A stretch of DNA of 64,000 bases from an uncultured candidate division Zixibacteria bacterium (GCA_963702205.1 OY969724.1:896001-960000), one strand, 5' to 3'; counted from the stretch's first letter, positions 9,770 through 19,006 are shown. Notes: generated from the letters alone by a model not told the origin. Made by a program: numbers and translations.

Positions 9770-9824
9770 AAAATACAATCTTCATAAAACCTTAATAGTC
9801 TTTTAACAATAGGCGCGCTATATG
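9770..9824 (+). promoter_or_regulatory. Pho-box-like repeats upstream of the phoB-like gene (possible autoregulation)
   Basis: AAAATAC (9770), TTCATAA (9781), TTAATAG (9792), TTAACAA (9803), 11-bp period; TATATG at 9819. Confidence 0.5.
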
Positions 9825-9863
9825 AAGCCGGGAAAATGCATAAGGAAAGGGGTATGGTTGCAC

Positions 9864-10550
9864 ATGGCTAACGAAAATGTCCTTATTGTTGAAGACGAAA
9901 AGGACATCCTTGACATGATTGTCTTTACCCTGAACAAAGAGGGATTTAAGGCGCGCGGCGTTATGACCGGGGAAGAAGTTTTTCCCGACGTTTCACAACA
10001 ACTGCCCGATTTGATTTTACTCGACCTGATGCTTCCGGGTATCGACGGCCTGGAGGTATGCCGCCGTCTGCGGTGGGATTCCAAAACCAAGGACGTTCCG
10101 ATAATCATAGTTTCCGCCAAGACCGAAGAAGCCGATGTCGTGGCGGGCCTTGAACTTGGGGCCAACGATTACATCACCAAACCGTTCAGTCCGAAAGTCC
10201 TCGCCGCTCGCGTCCGGGCCGCCTTGCGCCAGCGGTTGAAACAAATGGCCGATGACGGCGCCCGTCTGAAGCTTCATAACCTGTCCATCCATCCCGGCCG
10301 TCACGAGGTGCTGGTCGACGGCGAGCGGGTCGATTTGACCGTGGCGGAATTCCGGCTGTTGCACCTGTTGATGTCGCACCCGGGCTGGGTGTTTTCGCGC
10401 TATCAAATTGTCGATTCGATACACGGAGAGGACTATCACGTCACCGATCGCTCGGTCGACGTGCAATGCGCCGGGCTGCGCAAAAAACTGGGCAGCGCCG
10501 CGCAGCATATTGAAACCGTGCGCGGTGTCGGTTACCGTTTTCGGGAATAA
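9864..10550 (+). CDS. phoB: OmpR/PhoB-family response regulator, PhoB/PhoP-like
   Basis: Receiver LIVEDE...LLDLMLPGIDGLEVC...GANDYITKPFSP; winged helix DRSVDVQCAGLRKKLG...IETVRGVGYRF. Start moved to ATG 9864. Confidence 0.8.
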   Translation: MANENVLIVEDEKDILDMIVFTLNKEGFKARGVMTGEEVFPDVSQQLPDLILLDLMLPGIDGLEVCRRLRWDSKTKDVPIIIVSAKTEEADVVAGLELGANDYITKPFSPKVLAARVRAALRQRLKQMADDGARLKLHNLSIHPGRHEVLVDGERVDLTVAEFRLLHLLMSHPGWVFSRYQIVDSIHGEDYHVTDRSVDVQCAGLRKKLGSAAQHIETVRGVGYRFRE

Positions 10551-10743
10551 GAGACATTTCTTTAATTGATTTGACCTCTTTTTTAACCATTTCAGTTTTC
10601 TGTATTTATTAAAATTCTCCATAATTTTGATTGACAATTCGGTATAATTTGTTATTTTTTTCACAAGTAAATGGAGGGCTTTTCCGATGCGCTCGGCCCG
10701 GTTAACGCAAAGTCGAGTGTCTGATCAAGATATTCCGTCCTCG

Positions 10744-10779
10744 ACACTTGGGAATATCCGACCCCGAAGTGTTTTTTTT
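10744..10779 (+). terminator. Terminator/attenuator hairpin in the leader upstream of hypA
   Basis: ACACTT-GGG ... CCC-G-AAGTGT followed by a T tract (10772-10779). Confidence 0.5.
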
Positions 10780-11016
10780 AACTATATTCCGCCAGGTCAT
10801 AAAAGCGGCTTTCATTTTATTTGCCCGGAATCCGGTAAGGTTGTGCTATATTATGTGAAAATCTTCACAAATCATTCGAGGCGGCACGATCGTCTCGGGC
10901 TTCCCCGTTTGACAAAAAAACCGATGGGAAATCTCGTTGAAATGGCTGTATCTTATGGTATGCGTTGGAATGAAATTCCAGCCAACCGGGCCAAAACCCG
11001 AAAGGCCTGATGATTT

Positions 11017-11400
11017 ATGCACGAACTTAAAATCGCCACGGAAATAATCGAGACGGTGCAGGCCGAAATGATTCGGCGCGACCTTGAACGAATCGGCGCG
11101 GTTGGTTTGGCGGTCGGGGCTTTGTCCGGGGTCGATCCGGATGCTCTTGGTTTTGCGTACGATGCCTCGGTGATTGGCACTTCACTTCACGGGTCGCGTC
11201 TCGATATAGAATTCATCCCGGTCGAGGGTCGCTGCCTGGCGTGCGAGCACGAGTTTTCCGTGGATGATCTTTGTTTCGTCTGCCCCGAATGCGGTTCGGG
11301 CAAGCTTGATATCATTCGGGGACAGGAATTGAATATTGTCTGGCTCAGGACGGGTGACTCGACCGGCAGTACAAAAGGAGAAAATCATGGCGCGGGATAA
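11017..11400 (+). CDS. hypA: Hydrogenase maturation nickel metallochaperone HypA
   Basis: N-terminal MHE, GALSGVDPDAL, CLAC and CPECG zinc knuckles, GQEL. Confidence 0.95.
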   Translation: MHELKIATEIIETVQAEMIRRDLERIGAVGLAVGALSGVDPDALGFAYDASVIGTSLHGSRLDIEFIPVEGRCLACEHEFSVDDLCFVCPECGSGKLDIIRGQELNIVWLRTGDSTGSTKGENHGAG

Positions 11401-12079
11401 AATACCATTTGAGAAGAAAGTCCTTTCCGAAAACGACCGCCTGGCGGAACAGATACGAGGTCAGCTTGACCACCACGGTGTGACGGCTTTCAATCTGGTC
11501 AGCTCTCCCGGTTCCGGCAAGACCAGCCTGCTGGAAAAAACGCTTGCCGCGCTATCGATGAAATTAAAAATGGCACTGGTGGCCGGTGACGTGCAAACCG
11601 AGAAAGATGCCGAACGGCTGCAAAGAGCCGGAGGGAAAATCGTCCGGCCCATTGTCACCGGAGGCGCCTGTCACCTCGATGCGCGCATGGTCGGTACCGC
11701 CATCGCCGACATAAAAATCGACGATCTCGACGTGCTCTTCATCGAAAACGTCGGTAACCTGGTCTGCCCGTCGAGCTATGATCTCGGCGAGGACATGAAA
11801 GTTGTCCTGATAAGTACGACCGAGGGCGACGACAAGCCGCTTAAGTACCCCTCGATGTTCCGCCGTTCATCGGTAATGATCATAAATAAAATCGACCTGC
11901 TGGGGTATTCGGATTTCAGCATCGAACGGGTCCGCGAAAACGCCCTGAAAATAAATCCGGCGCTGGAAATATTCGAACTGTCCTGCCGGACGGAGAGCGG
12001 TCTCGATGCCTGGCTGGAGTGGCTGGTACAAACGGCAGCTTCGAAAAAAAGTAAAAATATGACGATTGTCGATTTATGA
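11387..12079 (+). CDS. hypB: Hydrogenase nickel incorporation GTPase HypB
   Basis: SSPGSGKTSLLE, GACHLDA, ENVGNLVCP, EGDDKPLKYP, NKIDL; ATG 11387 with AGGAG RBS. Confidence 0.96.
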   Translation: MARDKIPFEKKVLSENDRLAEQIRGQLDHHGVTAFNLVSSPGSGKTSLLEKTLAALSMKLKMALVAGDVQTEKDAERLQRAGGKIVRPIVTGGACHLDARMVGTAIADIKIDDLDVLFIENVGNLVCPSSYDLGEDMKVVLISTTEGDDKPLKYPSMFRRSSVMIINKIDLLGYSDFSIERVRENALKINPALEIFELSCRTESGLDAWLEWLVQTAASKKSKNMTIVDL

Positions 12080-12122
12080 TAAATTATAGGATGTAAAAAT
12101 CGTTTTAAAAAGGGTTACGACC

Positions 12123-13532
12123 ATGAGGACGATTACATTCGTAGAAAAAGAGTACCGCATCGACTCCCACGGCTTTTTGCTTTTTCCCGAGGACTGGGAC
12201 GAGGATTTCGCCCGGGGAATGGCGCACAAGGCCGGTATCAAAGACGAGCTCGGTCCGGCTCACTGGAAGATGATTTATTTTATCCGTAATGAATTCGAAC
12301 GCATGCACGCCTGTCCTCTGGTTTATATCTCCTGTTTGAAAAACGAAATCGGTCTCGGCGATCTAAAAAGGTTGTTTCCGGCGGGCTATCTTCGTGGTGT
12401 CTGCCGACTGGCGGGAATTTCCTACCGTCAGGGATATTTTCAGAAAATCTGGTTTCGTGAAAATGCGCTGGTCAATACGCAAGCTTATGAAAACAAATCG
12501 TACTTCGTGGATTGCGAGGGTTTCCTCACCAACCCCGACGACTGGGACGAAAACTTCGCGCTGCACAAGGCCTATGAAATAAAAATGCCCGAGTACCTTT
12601 CTTCCGATCACTGGCGGTTGATGACCTATGTTCGCGATAAGTACAATACCACGCAGATGATTCCGATGCCGGAGGAATTCTGTCACGACAATAAAATCAC
12701 GCCGGGGGAATTGGAGTGGTTGTTTCCCGACGGCTACTATCGCGGCCTGATCCGTCTGGCCGGATTGAAAACGCACAATTCTCAGCGCGAAGCCTTATTA
12801 AAATTCGATAATGCACTATGCAACGGGTTCCTTGTCGGCAATAACGATAACGTATCACAAGGAGCGAATATCATGGGAACGCTTGAATATGGAGAAAAAA
12901 CCTACGAGGTGGACGATAAGGGCTTTTTATCCGATTTTAGGCAGTGGGACGAAAACTTCGCCCGCGGCGCAGCCGCCCGCGCCGGGATGAATCCCGAACT
13001 CAGCACCGAGCACTGGCAGGTCATTCGGTCGATTCGCAAGGGCTATCAGGAAACCGGGCGCTGTCCGATCGTCTTCGAAACCTGCCGTACCAACGGGCTG
13101 CGGCTCGATGAACTCCGGCGGCTTTTCCCGACCGGCTACCTGCGCGGAGCCTGCCGGCTCGCCGGGATTACGTACAAGGTCGGCTATCTCGGGCAGGCGT
13201 ACTTACCGTCGGCCGCCGACGACCTGAACCATATTTCGGCCAACAAAGTCTATGAAGTCGACGTGCGCGGCTTTTTGATCCGCCCCGAAGACTGGGACGA
13301 GTACTACGCCGCCTACCGGGCTTTCGATATGAAAATCCCCGGCGGGAGACTGACCGACGACCATTGGCGGGTGATTCGCTTTATGCGCTCGCAGTACACC
13401 GCCACCGGTGAGATTCCCAATATTTACGAGACGTGCGAAAAGAACGGGTTATCTTTGAACGAACTGGAGAAATTGTTCCCCGACGGTTATCATCGCGGTG
13501 CGGTGAAGATCGCGGGATTAAGAGCGCTGTGA
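12123..13532 (+). CDS. Protein of four tandem TusE/DsrC/DsvC-like domains
   Basis: Four copies of the pattern D.GFL...WDE.FA...L...HW.....R...LFP.GY.RG...AG; internal AGGAG plus ATG at 12873. Confidence 0.85.
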   Translation: MRTITFVEKEYRIDSHGFLLFPEDWDEDFARGMAHKAGIKDELGPAHWKMIYFIRNEFERMHACPLVYISCLKNEIGLGDLKRLFPAGYLRGVCRLAGISYRQGYFQKIWFRENALVNTQAYENKSYFVDCEGFLTNPDDWDENFALHKAYEIKMPEYLSSDHWRLMTYVRDKYNTTQMIPMPEEFCHDNKITPGELEWLFPDGYYRGLIRLAGLKTHNSQREALLKFDNALCNGFLVGNNDNVSQGANIMGTLEYGEKTYEVDDKGFLSDFRQWDENFARGAAARAGMNPELSTEHWQVIRSIRKGYQETGRCPIVFETCRTNGLRLDELRRLFPTGYLRGACRLAGITYKVGYLGQAYLPSAADDLNHISANKVYEVDVRGFLIRPEDWDEYYAAYRAFDMKIPGGRLTDDHWRVIRFMRSQYTATGEIPNIYETCEKNGLSLNELEKLFPDGYHRGAVKIAGLRAL

Positions 13533-13582
13533 CGTAAATTAATTTGTTCGGACTTCGTTGATTGATGCGGATATGATCTTCA

Positions 13583-13652
13583 GTAGGTCAGGAGCCCTGT
13601 GCTCCTGACATCTTTTCTGAATGAAATGACGGGCGCTCCTGACATCTTTTCT
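13583..13652 (+). repeat. REP-like GTAG palindrome with partial direct repeat
   Basis: GTAG-gtcaggagc-cctgt-gctcctgac (13583-13609); gctcctgacatcttttct at 13601 and 13635. Confidence 0.55.
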
Positions 13653-13661
13653 TAAACGAAA

Positions 13662-13685
13662 GCGGCAGGAAAAAATTCCTGCCGC
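13662..13685. terminator. Hairpin between convergent operons
   Basis: Perfect 10-bp stem gcggcaggaa / ttcctgccgc. Confidence 0.65.
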
Positions 13686-13706
13686 CACGGAACTCACTCG
13701 GATGAT

Positions 13707-13889
13707 TTACTTCCCCCGTCTCTCCTTTTTATCAATCTCGTGCTTTTTGGCCGGACGACCCAGGGCTTTAATTCTTTCGCCACACTCACCGCAGGTGACG
13801 ATGACGACGCCGTCGTGGTCGGCCTGACCGATGTCGAGGAATTTACTCCCGCACTGCGGGCACTCTTTGATACTGCTCAGTTTACGCAT
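13707..13889 (-). CDS. Small zinc-ribbon protein
   Basis: CPQC...CGEC, basic tail, GAGGG RBS; starts ~21 nt after the MFS stop. Confidence 0.7.
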   Translation of the reverse strand: MRKLSSIKECPQCGSKFLDIGQADHDGVVIVTCGECGERIKALGRPAKKHEIDKKERRGK

Positions 13890-13910
13890 GGTATTCCCTC
13901 ACTTACTAAA

Positions 13911-15353
13911 TCAGTGTACCATAGTTTTATGTATGATATGATTCGATTTTTTTATCAAATGCGGAAAGAAATGTATGCTCAGCGCCAGCCGCCTTAATAA
14001 AACGTGCCCCATGAAGTTGATCAGAATCGGGACGCCCTTCTCGGTCGGGCCTTTGTACCTAAGCAGGGTCAGGACGGCAATAAAACGCAGGAAACTGGAA
14101 ATTGCGAAAAGGACGTGGTAATTGATAATCGTCTGCGGCCCAAGCCTGAAACTGAATCCGGACAGTGATTCCGAAATCAAGCCGCCGAGAATCGACGCGG
14201 TAAAGAAGGCCAGGCCGGAGATGACGGAAAACGCCGCCAGGTATGAGGCGCGTTCCTTTGCCGGACTCGCAGCGATTGGCATATTGAACGCGGCCAGGTT
14301 GAACCCCGCCCAGAGGACGCCGGTGTACATCGCTTCGAAACCGAGGATCCAGATGAAACCGGGCCGGGGCAGCCACCATATCATAGGAATGAAGGCGATA
14401 CCCAGCGCGCTCAGCGCCAGGACCGACCGCGACCCGAACCGGTCGATCAGCTTCCCCCAGGTTTTGCTGCAAAAGACGGCGATCGATGAGACAATGACCG
14501 AATATATCGCGATTTCGACAAAACTCATTTTGAGAAATTCCAGCATGTGCACCGCGAAAAATATGGCCGAAATGCCTATGGCGAAATTCCACATGAAAAA
14601 CATTTTCAAAAGACTGACGTATTGCGCGTCTTTGAACGGACGCAGCATGTCTTTGATAGTGCAGGTACCGTGGTTCAACTCGGGCGTTCGGTACGGAAGC
14701 CCTTTCAGTTTATGCGATGCGGCCAGACCGAATCCGACCGCCAGCACGATCAAGACGCTGTACCCGACCGGCTCCAGGTGACGGATGCGCATCTGGTCGA
14801 TAATGACCCCGGCCGAAAGGGTAGTAAGTACGGTCGAGATCGATATAGCCGTATTGCGCCGTCCGAAATACCGTCCGCGAATCGGTGCGGGGACCAAATG
14901 CGACATCCACGTCAGCCAGGCCGGCGTCGCCAGCATGATCGAGGCGCTGGAAATCAGGACGATTATAAGAAATATCCCGAAGCGCGCGGAGATTGGCATG
15001 AATAAAAGCGGGATGGTAAGGACCCAGATGGTTCTTCCGGCAGTGAGGCCGCGTATGGCGAGAGTTTTATACCCTCCGGTAAGGCCCGACAGGTATCCGG
15101 AACAAAGCTGCAGGACCTGCGATAGAAATGGTATCGAAGCCAAAAGGCCAATTTCGAAATCTCCCGCGCCAAGGTATATGGCCAGGCCGGACAAAAAAGC
15201 CCCGCCGGTGACGATGACGAAGACATTGGAAAAAGCACCTTCGAACGTTATGGATGACAGGGCCCGTCGCCATTCCCGGTCGCGCTCGCGGCGATGATTG
15301 ACTTCGGGCGCGGCGGCGTTTTCCGAATCGGTATGTTCGGTGGAGCAATGCAT
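13911..15353 (-). CDS. MFS transporter
   Basis: About 12 hydrophobic segments; WGKLIDRFGSR motif A; RGRYFGRRN. Confidence 0.9.
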   Translation of the reverse strand: MHCSTEHTDSENAAAPEVNHRRERDREWRRALSSITFEGAFSNVFVIVTGGAFLSGLAIYLGAGDFEIGLLASIPFLSQVLQLCSGYLSGLTGGYKTLAIRGLTAGRTIWVLTIPLLFMPISARFGIFLIIVLISSASIMLATPAWLTWMSHLVPAPIRGRYFGRRNTAISISTVLTTLSAGVIIDQMRIRHLEPVGYSVLIVLAVGFGLAASHKLKGLPYRTPELNHGTCTIKDMLRPFKDAQYVSLLKMFFMWNFAIGISAIFFAVHMLEFLKMSFVEIAIYSVIVSSIAVFCSKTWGKLIDRFGSRSVLALSALGIAFIPMIWWLPRPGFIWILGFEAMYTGVLWAGFNLAAFNMPIAASPAKERASYLAAFSVISGLAFFTASILGGLISESLSGFSFRLGPQTIINYHVLFAISSFLRFIAVLTLLRYKGPTEKGVPILINFMGHVLLRRLALSIHFFPHLIKKSNHIIHKTMVH

Positions 15354-15368
15354 GATAACATTATCGGA

Positions 15369-16730
15369 TTACCAGGGTGAATATGTATCTCTGGTTTCTT
15401 TAATTATTTCGGTCGTACCGTTGTTTTCATGCAGGACGACGACGTCCGGTATCGGCTTGATGAAATCCTGACGCAGGCTGTAGGTATAGGCACCCTGATC
15501 CGGGACGAGCAGAATGTCGCCCGGGTTAATGTCCCGGCCGTGATAGGCATAGCCCCAAACGTCGTGCGGAGTGCACAGGGAACCGAATACATAGCAGGTA
15601 TTTTCCTGCAAGTCCGGGCTGGTCAGGTTGATGATCGGGAAATAGTCGCTTTCGTAGCGCTCCCACCCGACCATGTTTATGCCTCCGTCGGTGACGACCA
15701 AGTCCTTGGCTTTTTTGTCGACGACCGAAAGCAGAACGTGCATGGAACCGTGCGATACCCACCGCCCCGGTTCGGCGAAGATAGTGCAATGAATCTGATT
15801 GAAGATTTCCTCCCGGAGTGCGCGACCCAGCTCACGCGCGAAAGCATCCAGCGGCACGGCTTCATTGTGATAGTGCGTCTGACCGGTATCGGCGGTATTT
15901 TCAAGACACTGAAGGAGACGGCCTTCCGTGGTCGCCGACGGCTGCAGCCATTCTCCCTGCGGCGGCCAGTAGCCCCCGCCGATATCAATGAATTCGATCT
16001 GGTGGTGCACCTGAGGAGGCAAGGTTTCGATTTCTTTACCAATCTTTTTGATAAATCTGGTCTGGGCCTGAGGATTCATATTCCAGCTCGTATGAAACTG
16101 CAGCCCGCGAAGCTTTATATAGTCGCTCTCGGCGGCACTGTGGAAAAAGCGTCCCAGTTCGCTTAGCGGTATTCCGAATTTCCTCCAAAGACCCTCTTCC
16201 TGCGTGGTCAGACGAACTCCAGCCCGAAGGAATATTTTGTGCGCCGCTATCATACTTTTAATGCGTTCCAGTTCTCCGAAGCTGTCTATTAAGAGAACGA
16301 CCTTATCGTTGTTTTCAAGCGCCAGCAGAAGTTCGTCATCGGTTTTTCCGGGTCCGCTGAAAATTATATTCGTCACCCCGGCGTTCAGCACCATTTCGAG
16401 TTCCCGGCCGCTGGACACGTCGCATCCGAAATCCATTTCGGTCAGTGTCTGCACTATGGCCGGGTGATTGTTGCTTTTGACGGCATAGTACGGCTGAAAC
16501 GAGGGTATTTCCGACGCCATCGTATCGTTGAATTTCCGGGCGCTTTCCTTGAGAGCCTTGATATCCAATATATAAAGGGGAGTCTGGTGCCGGCGCGCGA
16601 TGTCCAGAAATATCTCCCGGTCGTTGACGAATTCACGGACGTAGTCATCCAGTATGCTCTGGTCGAGCATCGGGGTGGGGTTGTTCAAAATGTGTTCGGC
16701 CTGACGGATCAGGCGGATATTTTTGTCCAT
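15369..16730 (-). CDS. PLP-dependent fold-III decarboxylase (DAP/Orn/Arg decarboxylase family)
   Basis: YAVKSN (PLP Lys), DVSSGRE, DIGGG, EPGR, GSLCTPHD, GAYT; start moved to ATG 16730 (GGAG RBS). Confidence 0.88.
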   Translation of the reverse strand: MDKNIRLIRQAEHILNNPTPMLDQSILDDYVREFVNDREIFLDIARRHQTPLYILDIKALKESARKFNDTMASEIPSFQPYYAVKSNNHPAIVQTLTEMDFGCDVSSGRELEMVLNAGVTNIIFSGPGKTDDELLLALENNDKVVLLIDSFGELERIKSMIAAHKIFLRAGVRLTTQEEGLWRKFGIPLSELGRFFHSAAESDYIKLRGLQFHTSWNMNPQAQTRFIKKIGKEIETLPPQVHHQIEFIDIGGGYWPPQGEWLQPSATTEGRLLQCLENTADTGQTHYHNEAVPLDAFARELGRALREEIFNQIHCTIFAEPGRWVSHGSMHVLLSVVDKKAKDLVVTDGGINMVGWERYESDYFPIINLTSPDLQENTCYVFGSLCTPHDVWGYAYHGRDINPGDILLVPDQGAYTYSLRQDFIKPIPDVVVLHENNGTTEIIKETRDTYSPW

Positions 16731-18013
16731 TTTGACATCTCCATTTGGATTTTTACTTTTGAAGCCAGGTTCTGGCATTCATCGGCGATGGTGCCGCCAG
16801 CCGTCGGCGTGAATATGATATGGCCGAGAATGCGCGAATCGTAATCATCGGGCGGCATGATGACTTCGTGCCCCATGGGGTACTTGAATGAAATTTCCAT
16901 GATTTTCGGATCGTCCTCAAAAGCAGTGCAATCGATATCGGCCACGATGCCGTCGTGTTCGGCGAAAATGCGCAGGCCAACCAGCGGTCCGGCCGTCTTT
17001 ATATTGGGAAGCACGACCGGTTTTTTCTCGGCGAAATCGAGCGACAAATCTAAAATGTCAATTCCGAGGCTGCGTTTAATGAGGTACGGCAGACAGTCGC
17101 CGCCCGGACGCGGGCTCATTTCGAGGAGCCATATATTATCGTGATGAACCATGAAGTCAACCATGCATATAGCCCGCTTTATGCCCAGCACCTTCGCGGC
17201 CGCCTCGAGAGTCTGCACGAGATTCTCGGTGCTGACGGCCTCGGGCAGTTCCGCCGGAATAAGATAAGCCAGAGTCGTACCGAACGTCTGATCGGTCGCC
17301 GGTATTTTTTTTGCGATGCGTATAATTTCCAGCCGGTCGTGGTCGATGATGAAATCACAACTGTATTCGCGGCCTCCAATATATTCCTCGACGATAAACT
17401 GACCGGATTCAAACACTCTGTCCGGATTTATTTCTTCGTCCGAAATTTTGTCACCGTTCCTGTTGGCCATCCGTGAAGAAATGCATTTTATGGCGTCATA
17501 GCATTCCGATCTGTCGGAGCACTTGAAAGTCAGTTCGCTGCCGCTGCCGTTTTGCGGTTTGATGACGATCGGCCCGCCGATTTCCTCGAGGAATTTCAAT
17601 ATATCGGTGGCAGTGGTGATACATTGCGTTTTCGGGCTGGCAATTCCGGTGCGATGCCAGATGTGCTTGGACAGGAATTTATCCCGGCAATTGACGATGG
17701 TCTGGCTGTCAGGAAAAGCCAGCTGCAGTGACTCGGCCAGAAACGCCGCCAGGTTCATGGATTCGCAGTCGTAGCAGGTAATACCGGTAAGAGAAATCTC
17801 CCTATCGTTGATAAAAGCCTCCACTTCATGCAGGACTTTATCGAAATCATCGAGGTCGGATAATATTTCCGGCGAATTTTCCGGCGCGAGTTGGGGATAG
17901 CGGCTGCGTTCGGCCGATGCCGTGACGAACAGACAGCGTCCCGGATGTTCTTTATCCAGCAGAGAAATATAATCCGAGGTCGTCCCGACCACTATAATGG
18001 CGGTTTTATTCAT
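16709..18013 (-). CDS. ATP-grasp ligase (L-amino acid ligase-like)
   Basis: CRDKFLSK, PIVIKPQNGSGS, VEEYIGGREYS, LLEMSPRPGGD. Confidence 0.88.
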   Translation of the reverse strand: MNKTAIIVVGTTSDYISLLDKEHPGRCLFVTASAERSRYPQLAPENSPEILSDLDDFDKVLHEVEAFINDREISLTGITCYDCESMNLAAFLAESLQLAFPDSQTIVNCRDKFLSKHIWHRTGIASPKTQCITTATDILKFLEEIGGPIVIKPQNGSGSELTFKCSDRSECYDAIKCISSRMANRNGDKISDEEINPDRVFESGQFIVEEYIGGREYSCDFIIDHDRLEIIRIAKKIPATDQTFGTTLAYLIPAELPEAVSTENLVQTLEAAAKVLGIKRAICMVDFMVHHDNIWLLEMSPRPGGDCLPYLIKRSLGIDILDLSLDFAEKKPVVLPNIKTAGPLVGLRIFAEHDGIVADIDCTAFEDDPKIMEISFKYPMGHEVIMPPDDYDSRILGHIIFTPTAGGTIADECQNLASKVKIQMEMSKWTKISA

Positions 18014-18031
18014 ATAAATTATACTCCACAG

Positions 18032-19003
18032 CTAACCCGCCGCTTGCGAAATATTGTCGGCCCTCTCGGCGTCTCTGTACTGCGGCATCACGGCCGCAAT
18101 GTCGGTCATCAAAAACAAAGGTCGGGGTGAAAGATGAAACAGGTTCTTCCATGAAAAATCGCCGCACAAAAAATCGGCCCGATCAAATCGCCGTTGACAG
18201 GCGTACTCCATATGGTGCAGGTTAATCAACTTGGCGATTCCCGGGACGTCGGCGCTGGTTCCCCCGCCCAGAAGAGTATACGCGTTGTTATATATGCAGC
18301 CCAAATCAACGGCGGCGATGCGGTTGTCGACCAAAACCGTAGTGATACGCATCCAGCCGTTGTCGCGGCAGAAATTCATGACATCGCGGAAGCTTTCGCG
18401 AAAACGGGTGTCATAGAAGTACGAGTTATGCTCGAACCGGTCGGTATTCAGGCTGACCAGATGCTCGAAATCGGCCGGATCGTCGTAACGGAAACCGAGA
18501 CCGAGGTCTTTTATTTTCCCAATATCCCTCATGATTTTCTTGTGCGTCTTGTGGGAAAACAACTGAAAATAGTTCTGCATGTCAAAGTCGAAATCGGGAG
18601 GGTTGAACAGGTAGCCGATTTCATCGACAATGTGCGACAGTTCGGCGACGTTTTCCTGCGGCAGCAGATAGCGAAGATGGTACTCCGACGGACAGGCCTC
18701 GATCATCGCCTCGAGGACGTGTCTATCGCGGCAGATAATCCGGTTCTGTTCCAGCCAGGTTTTACCCTGCCAGGTTTCACCGGGGAAATAGGCGAAGCTG
18801 TTTTTTTCTTCGACCCAGCTCAGCGGCAGGAAGCCGACGATTTCGCCGTCGTCTTCGGCCAGAATAAAACGCAGAGGGCGGTTATAATGCCGATGGAAAC
18901 ACAGGCGAAATTCCCAGAGGTCGCTGACCATATCCTTCGGCATTATTTTATTCCACAGGGCCCGGCCTTCGTCGAAGTCGGTAATGATCCGTATGGTTAG
19001 CAT
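18032..19003 (-). CDS. GNAT-fold acyltransferase (CelD/BcsL- or FemAB-like)
   Basis: Two-domain GNAT pattern: EIVGFLPL, IAAVDLG, PGIAKLI, DFLCGDFSWK. Confidence 0.75.
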   Translation of the reverse strand: MLTIRIITDFDEGRALWNKIMPKDMVSDLWEFRLCFHRHYNRPLRFILAEDDGEIVGFLPLSWVEEKNSFAYFPGETWQGKTWLEQNRIICRDRHVLEAMIEACPSEYHLRYLLPQENVAELSHIVDEIGYLFNPPDFDFDMQNYFQLFSHKTHKKIMRDIGKIKDLGLGFRYDDPADFEHLVSLNTDRFEHNSYFYDTRFRESFRDVMNFCRDNGWMRITTVLVDNRIAAVDLGCIYNNAYTLLGGGTSADVPGIAKLINLHHMEYACQRRFDRADFLCGDFSWKNLFHLSPRPLFLMTDIAAVMPQYRDAERADNISQAAG

Positions 19004-19006
19004 GGT

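Noticed and set aside
10665..10779. Known riboswitch (NiCo or c-di-GMP-I) in the hypA leader
   Set aside because: Only fragments match (ctgatca; acgcaaag). The NiCo four-way junction and the GEMM GGCAAA/GAAA hairpin are absent. Kept only as an unnamed candidate.
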